DNA of 64,000 nucleotides from Microcoleus sp. Lineage in GTDB: Bacteria > Cyanobacteriota > Cyanobacteriia > Cyanobacteriales > Microcoleaceae. The stretch covers positions 5,664,001 through 5,728,000 of the forward strand of contig CP181291.1 in the NCBI GenBank assembly GCA_052279835.1, read 5' to 3'. Below the pieces are notes generated by a model, which worked only from the letters and a program-made list of their open reading frames with translations, was not told where the DNA came from and searched no databases. Each line of letters opens with the position of its first letter. Position 1 is the stretch's first letter. A program made the position numbers and the translations under genes. Positions 44,197 to 56,245 of this stretch are shown piece by piece.

Positions 44197-45849
44197 ATGC
44201 CCCCTACTTTCAAGAAACTAGCTGCGATCGCCATTTTTTTTGTAGCCATAAAAGTTGTAGTTGACTCCCCATACTTCAAAGAAACCAAAGATTCGATCGC
44301 CCACCGAAACGAAGCAAGTGCCACATTAGACACCCCAAGCCTGCGCCAAACAGCCACACACCAGCCCCCAGCAGCAGCTCAAACACCAGTCGATCGCAAC
44401 TTTGATATCGTAGTCTATGGCGACGAAGTACCGGGGATATGTGCAGCTATCTGGGCCAAGAAAACCCTAGGTGCAAAGGGAAAAGTAGCCGTAGTGCGAT
44501 CGAACCATGAAACCGCAATGTTAGGCGGCGTACTCACCCGCGGCGGTTTAGGCTACGTCGATTTAGATAAAATCCCCGATTGGTACAACCAACCCTACGC
44601 CCAATGCTTCCGGGAATTCCTCGACAAAGCCAACGTCCCCGAATCATGCTTACAACCAAAAACGGCAGATAAAGCACTCAAAGAAATGCTGTCATCAGCC
44701 GATGTTCAACTGATTTCCAACACGACTCTTGTTCCCCACGTAGTCGATCGCAAAATCGAATATGCCGAAGTAAAAGACAGTGGAGTTAAAATCAAAGCTA
44801 ACTCTTACATAGACGTAACTCAAGACGCCGAATTCGCCAGAAAAGCCGGATTATCCTATTATACAGGATATGAATCCCAAAACATAAAATCCAAAAATGA
44901 AACCTTAGCGATATCGATAGTTCCGACAATTACCGGCTTAACGATGTCCGACCTCCGCAGAATGGAAGATGACATTCTTTACAACACACCTTTAGTAGAA
45001 AAAATCAAAGCCAGCATTACCAAATATAAAGATGATGCCAGTACCGAATTTTGGATGAGGAATTTCCTAAGCACGATTTATCAAGCCTACCGAGACGGAT
45101 ACAATATTAGAAGCGTAGCCCTCGGAGCGGCCTATCATGTAGACAGAAATTTGCCCTTTACTCAAGACAAAGGCTTCTTTTTTGACAAAGCCAATATTTG
45201 CGTTTATCAAGACAATTCTATGTCATGGAACGGCTTCCTATTTAAATATCAAGTTGACCAACTGATGAAAATGGAAGCGAACGACAAAAAACCGACCCCT
45301 GAGATGCTGAAAGAAATGTCATATCTGCAAGAATGGCTGCAAAAAAAAGCAGGTAAAGATGTCAGAGTATTTATCCCCGATGAGGTTTATATCAGGCAAA
45401 CTTTGAACGTTCGGGATGTAGTAGCACCGCTGACAGGAAAGGAAATCATTAAAGGAGGAACAGAACCAGAAAAGTCGATCGGCAGTTTTTCCTATGATTT
45501 CGATTTGCGCGGCGGAGTCAAGGATTTGTCATCGAGAATTCCAGGATTGCCCGTGTATAATTTTGGCATAGAAAGTGCATTGGCTAGCAAAGTGAATAAT
45601 TTGGCGATCGTGGGGCGTTCTTCAGGGTATGTTGGTATGGCAGTATCAGTGGGGCGTATTGCGACAGTGAATATTTATCAAGGACAAGGTGTGGGCGTGG
45701 CGGCCGGTTTGGCTAGCAAATTGGGCGTACCATTGAATACAATTACTTCTGCTAAAACGAGACAAACTTTGGAGACTTTGACTGGAAAAACTACTTATTT
45801 ATCGGGGAGAGATACGAGTTATGGGGTGGATTATAAAGAAGTGAAATAG
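44197..45849 (+). CDS. FAD-dependent oxidoreductase family protein with N-terminal membrane anchor
   Basis: FDIVVYGDEVPGICAA, LGGVLTRGGL, IDVTQDAE, NLAIVGR, GQGVGVAA. Confidence 0.75.
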   Translation: MPPTFKKLAAIAIFFVAIKVVVDSPYFKETKDSIAHRNEASATLDTPSLRQTATHQPPAAAQTPVDRNFDIVVYGDEVPGICAAIWAKKTLGAKGKVAVVRSNHETAMLGGVLTRGGLGYVDLDKIPDWYNQPYAQCFREFLDKANVPESCLQPKTADKALKEMLSSADVQLISNTTLVPHVVDRKIEYAEVKDSGVKIKANSYIDVTQDAEFARKAGLSYYTGYESQNIKSKNETLAISIVPTITGLTMSDLRRMEDDILYNTPLVEKIKASITKYKDDASTEFWMRNFLSTIYQAYRDGYNIRSVALGAAYHVDRNLPFTQDKGFFFDKANICVYQDNSMSWNGFLFKYQVDQLMKMEANDKKPTPEMLKEMSYLQEWLQKKAGKDVRVFIPDEVYIRQTLNVRDVVAPLTGKEIIKGGTEPEKSIGSFSYDFDLRGGVKDLSSRIPGLPVYNFGIESALASKVNNLAIVGRSSGYVGMAVSVGRIATVNIYQGQGVGVAAGLASKLGVPLNTITSAKTRQTLETLTGKTTYLSGRDTSYGVDYKEVK

Positions 45850-46770
45850 ATATTAAGAGGATTTTACCACAGAGAGCGCAGAGAGCGCAGAGAGCGCAGA
45901 GAGGTTTTTTACGACATCAAAAACCCTTGCAATACTCTTCCCTCTGTGTCCTCTGCGCCCTCTGCGGTTCAAAACTCTTATCTTGATGGAGTGGATTATA
46001 AAGAAGTGAAATAGATCTTAAGAATATTTTACCACAGAGAGCGCAGAGAGCGCAGAGAGGGGAGGGATGAGAGGTTTTTTACGACATCAAAAACCCTTGC
46101 AATACTCTTCCCTCTGTGTCCTCTGCGCCCTCTGCGGTTCAAAACTCTTATCTTGATGGAGTGGATTATAAAGAAGTGAAATAGATCTTAAGAATATTTT
46201 ACCACAGAGAGCGCAGAGAGCGCAGAGAGGGGAGGGATGAGAGGTTTTTTTACGACATCAAAAACCCTCGCCACACTCTTCCCTCTGTGTCCTCTGCGCC
46301 CTCTGCGGTTCAAAACTCTTCTCTGGATGGGGTGGATTATAAAGAGGTGAAATAGATCTTAAGAGGGTTTTACCACAGAGAGCGCAGAGAGCGCAGAGAG
46401 GGGAGGGATGAAAGGTTTTTTTACGACATCAAAAACCCTCGCCACACTCTTCCCTCTGTGTCCTCTGCGCCCTCTGCGGTTCAAAACTCTTCTCTGGATG
46501 GGGTGGATTATAAAGAGGTGAAATAGATCTTAAGAGGGTTTTACCACAGAGAGCGCAGAGAGCGCAGAGAGGGGAGGGATGAAAGGTTTTTTTACGACAT
46601 CAAAAACCCTCGCCACACTCTTCCCTCTGTGTCCTCTGCGCCCTCTGCGGTTCAAAACTCTTCTCTGGATGGGGTGGATTATAAAGAGGTGAAATAGATC
46701 TTAAGAGGGTTTTACCACAGAGAGCGCAGAGAGCGCAGAGAGGGGAGGGATGAAAGGTTTTTTTACGACA
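45821..46770. repeat. Tandem array of ~5.6 units of 165-171 bp, each with inverted ACCACAGAGAGCGCAGAG / CTCTGCGCCCTCTGCGGT arms
   Basis: Unit starts at 45821, 45986, 46156, 46327, 46498 and 46669. Confidence 0.95.
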
Positions 46771-47140
46771 GGATGATGCGACGGATTCCTTCTTTTAAAA
46801 AGCGGACGTTAAAGTTGATGAGAAGACCGAGAGGATAACCAGTCATTTTCAGATATGATATAACTTGAGCTTCATGGATAGGAAGTATAGTTTGGACTGA
46901 CTTTAATTCAACAATGAGAGTGTTGGCAATCAGCATATCGTATCTGCCTTCCCCAACGACAACACCCTTGTAAAAGACATTTACCGTAGGTTGAGCATCA
47001 AAAGGAATTCCCCGGCGCGAGAGTTCTTCACGCAACGAATTCTCATATACCGCTTCCAAAAACCCCGGCCCCAACTCCTTATGAACCTCCATCGCCGCCC
47101 CAATCACAGCGTAACTCAATTCATTAAGATCCTCTGCCAA
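46763..47140 (-). CDS. GxxExxY protein (PD-(D/E)XK nuclease fold)
   Basis: VHKELGPGFLEAVYE, RYDMLI...IVELK, AQVISYLK, GLLINF. Confidence 0.95.
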   Translation of the reverse strand: MAEDLNELSYAVIGAAMEVHKELGPGFLEAVYENSLREELSRRGIPFDAQPTVNVFYKGVVVGEGRYDMLIANTLIVELKSVQTILPIHEAQVISYLKMTGYPLGLLINFNVRFLKEGIRRIILS

Positions 47141-47294
47141 CTTCCCTCTCCTGTTTCAAACCAATATCAAAATCATAATCCAAAATCCTCGCAACACTCT
47201 TCCCTCTGCGCCAAGAGCGCCCTCTGCGGTTCAAATCTCTTCTCCTCCCTCTCCTGTGGCACAATCATAAATAAGATCAAACTCTCAAGCCACC

Positions 47295-50114
47295 ATGACC
47301 GCAAACCTACCACCCCAATACGACCCCAAAGCCACCGAAGCCAAATGGCAAAAATACTGGGAAGACAACGAAACCTTCAAAGCTGACCCTGAAGGCGGCG
47401 GCGAACCTTACTGCGTCGTCATCCCGCCGCCCAACGTGACGGGCAGTCTCCACATGGGACACGCTTTTGAAGAAACGCTGATTGATGTCCTGGTGCGCTA
47501 TCAACGGATGACTGGGCGCAATACTCTGTGGTTGCCGGGAACGGATCATGCTAGCATCGCAGTTCAAACTATTCTCGAAAAGCAACTCAAAGCTGAAGGC
47601 AAAACTCGCTACGATTTAGGCCGAGAAAAATTCTTGGAAAAAGCCTGGGAGTGGAAAGCTGAGTCTGGCAATACTATTACTAATCAATTGCGCAGTTTGG
47701 GCGTGTCTGTGGATTGGTCGCGAGAACGCTTTACGATGGATGAAGGTTTATCCGCTGCGGTTTTAGAAGCCTTTGTTCGACTGTATGATGAGGGGCTGAT
47801 TTATCGCGGCAATTATTTGGTGAATTGGTGTCCCGCGAGTCAGTCTGCTGTGTCGGATTTGGAAGTTGACCAGCAGGAAGTTGACGGGCATTTGTGGCAT
47901 TTCCGCTATCCTTTGACGGATGGTTCTGGTTATTTGGAGGTGGCGACGACTCGACCGGAAACGATGTTGGGCGATACGGCGGTGGCTGTGAATCCAGAGG
48001 ACGATCGCTACCAACATCTTATCGGTAAAACTGTGACTTTGCCCATTGTGAATCGGGAAATTCCGGTGATTGCTGATGAGTTTGTCGATCGCACTTTTGG
48101 TACGGGCTGCGTTAAAGTCACTCCCGCCCACGATCCGAACGATTTCGATATGGGCAAGCGCCACAATTTGGCGTTTATTAACATCATGAATAAGGACGGC
48201 AGTTTAAATGAAAATGCCGGAGAGTTCCAAGGACAAGATAGATTTGTGGCGCGCAAAAATGTCGTCGGGCGTTTAGAAACTGACGGAGTTTTGGTTAAAA
48301 TAGAAGATTACAAGCATGCGGTACCTTTTAGCGAGCGCGGCAAAGTCCCCGTTGAACCTTTACTGTCTACTCAATGGTTTGTGAAAATTAATCCTCTTTC
48401 TGAACGCGCTTTAGCAGCCTTAGATGAAGAGAATTCACCAGTCTTTGTGCCGGAAAGATGGACAAAGGTTTATCGGGATTGGTTGGTAAAGTTGAAAGAT
48501 TGGTGCATTTCCCGACAATTGTGGTGGGGACACCAAATCCCGGCTTGGTATGCTGTTAGCGAAACTCAGGGAGAAATTACTGACTCGACTCCATTTGTGG
48601 TGGCAAAAACTGAAGCTGAAGCTAGGGAAAAAGCTGCGGCTAAATTTGGTCAAGATGTACAGTTAGCAAGAGATCCAGATGTTTTGGATACTTGGTTTTC
48701 TTCTGGGTTATGGCCTTTTTCTACTTTGGGATGGCCGGATGAAACTAAGGATTTAGATTTTTATTATCCGACAACTACTTTGGTTACTGGTTTTGATATC
48801 ATCTTTTTCTGGGTGGCTAGAATGACGATGATGGCCGGACATTTTACTGAAAAGATGCCTTTTGATACTGTTTACATTCACGGTTTGGTGTTGGATGAAA
48901 ATGGTCAGAAAATGTCTAAGAGTAAAAATAATGGTATCGATCCGCTACTGTTGATTGGTAAGTACGGGACTGATGCTTTGCGCTATACTTTGGTTAAGGA
49001 AGTGGTAGGGGCTGGTCAAAATATTCGCTTGGAATACGATCGCAAAACTGATGAGTCTAAATCGGTGGAAGCTTCGCGGAATTTTACTAATAAGTTGTGG
49101 AATGCTGCGCGGTTTGTGATGATGAATCTGGAGGGACAGACTCCGCAGCAATTGGGGAATCCTTACCCCCAGACCACCATAGGGGATGTGCCCCCGTGCC
49201 CGCCCCAGCCCACCGTAGGGGCGGTGCCCCCGTGCCCGCTCTTGGAATTGTGCGATCGCTGGATTCTTTCTCGCTACTATCAAGTAGTGCAGCAAAGTCG
49301 TAACGATTTTGAAACTTACGCTTTTGGGGAAGCGGCGAAGGGACTTTATGAGTTTATTTGGGGCGATTTCTGTGACTGGTATATTGAATTGGTCAAGTCT
49401 CGCTTACAACAGGATGCTGAACCGAATTCTAAGAAAGCGGCACAGCAAACTTTTGCTTTTGTTTTGGAAGGTATTCTGAAACTTTTGCATCCTTTTATGC
49501 CTCACATTACTGAGGAGATTTGGCACACTTTGACTCAAACAGGTGAGGATGAATGTTTGGCTTTGCAAAGTTATCCTGAAGTGCAAGCATCCCTAATCGA
49601 TTCTGAGTTAGAACAGCAGTTTGAGTTGTTATTTGGTACGATTCGGACTATTCGGAATTTGCGGGCTGATACTGATATCAAGCCGGGAGTTAAGGTGACG
49701 GCGATTTTGCAAAGTGAAAGCGCTAAAGAACGCCAGATTCTCTCAGATTGTGCTATCTACATTCAGGATTTGGCAAGAGTGGAAAATCTGACGATTGCTG
49801 CTAGTTTGGATGCAGAACCCCCCCTTAATCCCCCCCTTGGTAAGGGGGGGCAGGGGGGGTCAATTGCTGGAGTTGTGGGTACTGTACAAGTATTGATTCC
49901 TTTGGCAGGAGTTGTGGATTTGGTGGCTTTGCGTGCTAAGTTGGAAAAGAAGTTGGCTAAGATAGAAGGGGAAATTAAGCATACTTCGGCGCGTTTGACT
50001 AATCAGAAGTTTGTGGAAAAGGCCGATCCACAAGTTGTTCAGGTGGCGCGGGATGGTTTGGCGGAAGCGGAAAAACAGGCGGAAATTTTGCGCGATCGGC
50101 TTAGGTTATTCTAA
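47295..50114 (+). CDS. valS: Valine--tRNA ligase
   Basis: [31 protein letters not shown]-terminal coiled coil. Confidence 0.98.
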   Translation: MTANLPPQYDPKATEAKWQKYWEDNETFKADPEGGGEPYCVVIPPPNVTGSLHMGHAFEETLIDVLVRYQRMTGRNTLWLPGTDHASIAVQTILEKQLKAEGKTRYDLGREKFLEKAWEWKAESGNTITNQLRSLGVSVDWSRERFTMDEGLSAAVLEAFVRLYDEGLIYRGNYLVNWCPASQSAVSDLEVDQQEVDGHLWHFRYPLTDGSGYLEVATTRPETMLGDTAVAVNPEDDRYQHLIGKTVTLPIVNREIPVIADEFVDRTFGTGCVKVTPAHDPNDFDMGKRHNLAFINIMNKDGSLNENAGEFQGQDRFVARKNVVGRLETDGVLVKIEDYKHAVPFSERGKVPVEPLLSTQWFVKINPLSERALAALDEENSPVFVPERWTKVYRDWLVKLKDWCISRQLWWGHQIPAWYAVSETQGEITDSTPFVVAKTEAEAREKAAAKFGQDVQLARDPDVLDTWFSSGLWPFSTLGWPDETKDLDFYYPTTTLVTGFDIIFFWVARMTMMAGHFTEKMPFDTVYIHGLVLDENGQKMSKSKNNGIDPLLLIGKYGTDALRYTLVKEVVGAGQNIRLEYDRKTDESKSVEASRNFTNKLWNAARFVMMNLEGQTPQQLGNPYPQTTIGDVPPCPPQPTVGAVPPCPLLELCDRWILSRYYQVVQQSRNDFETYAFGEAAKGLYEFIWGDFCDWYIELVKSRLQQDAEPNSKKAAQQTFAFVLEGILKLLHPFMPHITEEIWHTLTQTGEDECLALQSYPEVQASLIDSELEQQFELLFGTIRTIRNLRADTDIKPGVKVTAILQSESAKERQILSDCAIYIQDLARVENLTIAASLDAEPPLNPPLGKGGQGGSIAGVVGTVQVLIPLAGVVDLVALRAKLEKKLAKIEGEIKHTSARLTNQKFVEKADPQVVQVARDGLAEAEKQAEILRDRLRLF

Positions 50115-50313
50115 TCGATATCTCCCATAATTATTGTGGAACAGGCTGTCTGGCTTGTTCTTCACAGGCTTTTTGGAAGATGTTAACCCGAAGGGTCGGG
50201 GCGGGTTTTTGAGATATTTAGTTTTGGGCAGAGATTGTTGGTAAAACCCGCCCGTACCAGATGGTAAATCAAACAAGTAACCAATAACAAATAACCCATA
50301 ACTAATAACCGTT

Positions 50314-50769
50314 ATGCTATATTTAGCTCAAGTAAAAAATCAGGAAGTTTTAGGCGAAGCCTCTCTGGAATTGTTGGCTTGTCAAAATGCTGATGATAGT
50401 TGGGCGATTCTTTCTGAACAAAAGGTATTGACTTTACCTAAAATTTTTGCTGAGGTGTCCAATAATTTTGTAGGTAATATCTTGAATGAAGGTGTTTTAG
50501 TATTAGCAGATATTGGGGAAAATAGTGAAATTGTGAATCTGCGATCCGCTACTAATTGGGTAGTGGAATTAGTCGATAAGTATCTGAAAAATGGTATTAC
50601 ACTTGAATTTTTGCAGCTAGAAGCCGAGAAAGCAGAAGAATGGCGGCAATCTCTGACTTTGCAAAGTCAAGAATTATCTCGTCGTTTGATTGAAGTAGAA
50701 GCGCGTCGGGAACAAATTCAAAATTTAGAAGCAAAATTCCAGAAAACAGCAGTTGAACCCGCCGAATAA
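50314..50769 (+). CDS. Conserved cyanobacterial coiled-coil hypothetical protein (N-terminus resembles HmpF)
   Basis: MLYLAQV...LELLACQ...W; EEWRQSLTLQSQELSRR. Confidence 0.7.
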   Translation: MLYLAQVKNQEVLGEASLELLACQNADDSWAILSEQKVLTLPKIFAEVSNNFVGNILNEGVLVLADIGENSEIVNLRSATNWVVELVDKYLKNGITLEFLQLEAEKAEEWRQSLTLQSQELSRRLIEVEARREQIQNLEAKFQKTAVEPAE

Positions 50770-50834
50770 AATTCTGATACTGCACAAACAAAGTCCCAGC
50801 AGAGTGGGACTAAGATATCAGCACTATCATTGGG

Positions 50835-51764
50835 CTAAAGAATTTTGGATTTCAGCCAAGCAGCGGGGAGACACTGCAATTTCTGAAAATTGGTAACGTA
50901 GGCCCGCTTCTGGAACACATCGTACTGATTGCGTTCGATCGCATTTAAGATTCTGCTATAGAGCATGGTAGCAGCCCACACAGTCCAACGGATATCGGGA
51001 CTGAGCACTTTGATTCCTGGTTCGGCGCTAGCATATAATTTGCGAGCTCGCTGAATTTGAAAGCGCATTAATTCCCGCCAGCGGTTGTCATTTACGCCGT
51101 TGAATAAGTCTTCTTCGGTGTAGTTAAACAGTGCTAAGTCTTCTAGGGGAATATAAATGCGGCCGCGGCGGGCATCTTCTCCGACATCGCGCAGAATGTT
51201 AGTTAACTGTTTGGCGATACCAAGGGCTATGGCTTCTTCTTTTGGAATTTTATTACCCCAATGCCAATTCCAGTTAGCTGCGGAGTTTGATTGGTCCACA
51301 CCCATGACAGACATCGACATCAGCCCGACGGTACCGGCTACTCGATAGCAGTAAAGATTGAGCTCTTCAAAAGTTTCGTACCGGCTGCGGTACAAGTCCA
51401 TTTGTTGACCCGCAATCATCTCTCGAAAGGGTTGAATGTCGATAGGGAAACGAGACAACGTATCTACCAAAGCTACGTCGTAGTCGTCGTGGGGGTGGCC
51501 GGCAAACACCGATTCTAGGCGTTTTTCCCACAGATTGAGGGTTTCAGGAGTTGTTGCATCAGAACCGGGCCCGTCTACGAGTTCGTCGGTGCGGCGGCAC
51601 CAGACGTAAATCGCCCAAATGGCCCGACGCTTGGCTTCGGGCATGAGTTGAGTGCCTAAATAAAAATTTTTGGCATAACTCGCCGTGACTTGGCGGCACA
51701 GTTCGTAGGATTCATCCACAGAGGCCAGAGTTCTCATGCACTGGAGTTTTGACAGTTGCAGCAT
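50835..51764 (-). CDS. crtB: Phytoene synthase
   Basis: WCRRTDELVD, YCYRVAGTVG, QLTNILRDVGED. Confidence 0.97.
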   Translation of the reverse strand: MLQLSKLQCMRTLASVDESYELCRQVTASYAKNFYLGTQLMPEAKRRAIWAIYVWCRRTDELVDGPGSDATTPETLNLWEKRLESVFAGHPHDDYDVALVDTLSRFPIDIQPFREMIAGQQMDLYRSRYETFEELNLYCYRVAGTVGLMSMSVMGVDQSNSAANWNWHWGNKIPKEEAIALGIAKQLTNILRDVGEDARRGRIYIPLEDLALFNYTEEDLFNGVNDNRWRELMRFQIQRARKLYASAEPGIKVLSPDIRWTVWAATMLYSRILNAIERNQYDVFQKRAYVTNFQKLQCLPAAWLKSKIL

Positions 51765-51856
51765 CCGAGAATAAGAAATTTAAAGATTAGAACTGACATT
51801 CTCCCGTCTAGAAAACGGGAGATTCTTTTACCTTTTTATGAAAAATGCTTAATTTT

Positions 51857-53236
<1,380 letters not shown>

Positions 53237-53273
53237 CTACTTGGCCTCTGTGTTCGCTTCGGTTTAATTATAG

Positions 53274-53291
53274 TTTACAACTCGTTACATT
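53274..53291. promoter_or_regulatory. HLR1 (RpaB-binding)-like direct repeat next to the pds -10 box
   Basis: TTTACAAC-TC-GTTACATT; minus-strand TATAAT at 53267-53272. Confidence 0.55.
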
Positions 53292-53350
53292 TTTTGGGGA
53301 ACTTGAGCCTGTCCCCGTGACGTGGGGTGTACTTAAGACTGGATCAGAAC

Positions 53351-53387
53351 AATGACCTAGAATTTGCCTGGGGAATTCTAGGTCATT
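53351..53387 (-). terminator. Hairpin downstream of rnz
   Basis: AATGACCTAGAATT...AATTCTAGGTCATT. Confidence 0.6.
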
Positions 53388-53405
53388 GGTCAACTCAGTT
53401 CCAGT

Positions 53406-54344
53406 CTAGTTGGAAACTGGTCTGGGTACTTCGTAGGTCAAAAAGTCATAGGCCATTTTTGTATTCGGAAAAATAGCCTGGGCTTCCTTGAGCAAATCAT
53501 CTAGGACGATGGGATTTCCCGGAGCGTAACGGGGACTAAAATGGGTCATAATTAGCTGTTTCGCCCCAGCACTCAAAGCCACTTGAGCAGCCATTGTCGA
53601 AGTTGAATGGAGGCGATCGAAGGCCATTTGAGCATCTTGATGAGCAAAAGTAGCTTCATGCACTAACAAGTCCGCATCCTTGGCCAATTCCACAGCACCG
53701 TCACAATAAACTGTGTCCGTACAATACACAAACTTCCTACCGATTTGATCTGGTCCACAAAAATCAGTGCCTTTAAACTCCCGCCCATCCGATAACTTGA
53801 TTGTTTTTCCTTGTTTTAATTGACCGTAAACAGGCCCGGAAGGAATACCAACTGCCTTCGCTTTTTCGACATCAAAATGTCCGGGACGGTCTTTCTCGGT
53901 TATGCGGTAGCCAAATGCAGTAACTCGATGCTTCAAAGGGCCGCAACTCACAATATATTCGTCATCTTCATAGATGACTCCTGGATGACTTTTGTGGACT
54001 TTCACTGGGTATGAAAAATGGGTTTGGGAATAGCGAACTCCAGCTTGCAAATATTCTTCAAGTCCCGGAGGCCCGTAAATATCGATGCGCTTGACATTCC
54101 CCGCTAAACCGCAGCTAGCCAGCAAACCCATTAAGCCGAAAATGTGGTCGCCGTGTAGGTGGGTGATGAAAATGCGGGTGAGTTGGCTGACTTTGAGCTC
54201 GCTGCGCAGGAATTGGTGCTGGGTTCCTTCGCCGCAGTCAAATAGCCAGAGTTCTGCTCGCTGGGGCAAGCGGAGGGCGATGCTGGAAACGTTGCGCGAT
54301 CGCGTGGGTACGCCTGAGCTAGTTCCGAGAAATGTAATCTGCAA
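53406..54344 (-). CDS. rnz: Ribonuclease Z
   Basis: [40 protein letters not shown]. Confidence 0.97.
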   Translation of the reverse strand: MQITFLGTSSGVPTRSRNVSSIALRLPQRAELWLFDCGEGTQHQFLRSELKVSQLTRIFITHLHGDHIFGLMGLLASCGLAGNVKRIDIYGPPGLEEYLQAGVRYSQTHFSYPVKVHKSHPGVIYEDDEYIVSCGPLKHRVTAFGYRITEKDRPGHFDVEKAKAVGIPSGPVYGQLKQGKTIKLSDGREFKGTDFCGPDQIGRKFVYCTDTVYCDGAVELAKDADLLVHEATFAHQDAQMAFDRLHSTSTMAAQVALSAGAKQLIMTHFSPRYAPGNPIVLDDLLKEAQAIFPNTKMAYDFLTYEVPRPVSN

Positions 54345-54608
54345 GAGTCAAATCACCTCAATTTAAAGTTAAAAAATATGTTACATATATCCAGAGTGCG
54401 GCTAATCCGACCTTCAGGAAATGCTGACGGACAGGAATTGGCATCAATCCCTGTTCCTGGGAGGATCTACTCGCTCAAATCATTTTTGACGCGCGCAGAG
54501 AGTGTTAAACCCAATTCTAACGTTTTCTTTCGGCTATTCCCTTGCTTTTTCCCTTGGCGAACCATCTCGAACTTTAAAATTTGTACATAACAGGAGGAAA
54601 ATTATCAA

Positions 54609-55784
54609 ATGCAGCCAGGAGTGTTCTTTGCTTCCTTTGTTTCGACATTAGGAAAACGCTATTTTTGGATTTCGCTGTTGTTTTGGCTGGTAATGGTAGC
54701 CCCAGCACAGGCGGCGTTGATCTTGCGAGTGGCAATCCAAGACGGGGCAAGTCAGGTAAGAGTTGGCAGTTCCACTAAGGCTGCAATCCGGGATGGTAGT
54801 GGCCGTAATTTGGGTGAGTTGACGGCAAACAGTGCTTTGTCTGCTCAATTTCGATCGGGAAAAGTGACCATTGGCTCCTGGGCTGCCAATCAAATTTGGA
54901 TCGAGCCGACGGGGAACGGTTATGTTTGGATTGGCGATCGATGGTATCGGGGACGCACTCTTGTGACTCCGCAAAAAAATGGCTTAACTGCCGTCAATTA
55001 TGTTGATATCGAAAAGTATCTCTACAGCGTTCTCGGCGCTGAAATGAGTGGCAATTGGCCTCAAGAGGCTTTGAAAGCCCAAGCCGTCGCCGCCCGTTCC
55101 TACGCTATCCATCAGCGCCTCAAAAGCGAAACCGACCTTTACGATGTAGATGCGACTCAATCTTCCCAGGTTTATAAAGGACTGCAAACAGAATCTTCGG
55201 GTACTTACTCTGCCGTGGATGCCACCACGGGTCAAGTTCTTACCTACAACAGTCAAATTATTTTAGCGGTATTCCACTCTGCTTCTGGGGGACATACTGA
55301 GAATGTTGAGGATGTTTGGACAGAAGCGTTGCCTTATCTGCGGGCTGTTCCCGATTTTGACCAAGGGGCACCTGTTTACCAGTGGAAAGAAAATTTTACA
55401 CAGGCTCAAATCAGCAATCGGATTTCTGGCGTTGGTAATGTGATCTCCATGAAGCCTGAACGCACCACAGCCTATGGTAGCGTGATTACGATGAAAGTAG
55501 TCGGAGATGGCGGTTCTAGGGTGATGACTGGTGCGGATCTGCGTCGGGTGCTGAATTTGAGGAGCACTCGCTTTACGGTGATTCCTCAGTATGGAGGGAT
55601 TTTTAGTGGCAGAAATAGCGGTAAGCCTCCGACGGGGTTTCAAATTGCTGGTAAAGGCTTCGGTCATGCTGTGGGCATGAGTCAGTGGGGGGCGTACAAT
55701 TTGGCAAGGCAGGGATATGGCTACCAGCAGATTTTGCTGCACTATTATCGGGGTGCTTCTTTGGCTAGAATTGCGGTGCAGTAA
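54609..55784 (+). CDS. SpoIID/LytB domain protein
   Basis: EKYLYSV...EM, EALKAQAVAARSYA, GFGHAVGMSQWGA, ILLHYY. Confidence 0.93.
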   Translation: MQPGVFFASFVSTLGKRYFWISLLFWLVMVAPAQAALILRVAIQDGASQVRVGSSTKAAIRDGSGRNLGELTANSALSAQFRSGKVTIGSWAANQIWIEPTGNGYVWIGDRWYRGRTLVTPQKNGLTAVNYVDIEKYLYSVLGAEMSGNWPQEALKAQAVAARSYAIHQRLKSETDLYDVDATQSSQVYKGLQTESSGTYSAVDATTGQVLTYNSQIILAVFHSASGGHTENVEDVWTEALPYLRAVPDFDQGAPVYQWKENFTQAQISNRISGVGNVISMKPERTTAYGSVITMKVVGDGGSRVMTGADLRRVLNLRSTRFTVIPQYGGIFSGRNSGKPPTGFQIAGKGFGHAVGMSQWGAYNLARQGYGYQQILLHYYRGASLARIAVQ

Positions 55785-55830
55785 TTGGTAGGAATTTGTT
55801 ATTGGTTGAATGACTAAATACAGGATTGCT

Positions 55831-56169
55831 ATGCAGAAGTGGGAGTATTTATTGGTGGATGCTAATATGTATCCTTTTGGCAATAAATTGATTAGTTTAT
55901 ATGTCAATGGTGAAGAACAACAAGAGTGGAAACAAGGATTTTTACATTTATTTATTAATGAATTGGGGGATGAGGGCTGGGAACTTGTGGCTGTCAGGCA
56001 TGACTCGAAGTATGACCAGAATAGTTTGATTTTTAAACGCCCTAAAGTGGTTAAAAATTTGAGGAAGATGCCCGATTATTCGGCGGTTGAAACCGCGACT
56101 AAACAAACAAAGGAAATTCCGGCGGTTGAAACCGCGACTACACAAACCAAGTCCACCTCCGTGGACTAA
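55831..56169 (+). CDS. DUF4177-like small protein with repeat-derived C-terminus
   Basis: MQKWEY...NELGDEGWELV...LIFKRP. Confidence 0.75.
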   Translation: MQKWEYLLVDANMYPFGNKLISLYVNGEEQQEWKQGFLHLFINELGDEGWELVAVRHDSKYDQNSLIFKRPKVVKNLRKMPDYSAVETATKQTKEIPAVETATTQTKSTSVD

Positions 56170-56245
56170 CTAACAAAAAAATTGGATAGTTTGCGTAGTG
56201 TTGGTAAAAAATCTCGGCTTCTCTTCGCCCAGGCTACTTGATTGA

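Noticed and set aside
45821..46770. CRISPR array
   Set aside because: Whole ~171-bp units repeat, with no variable spacers.
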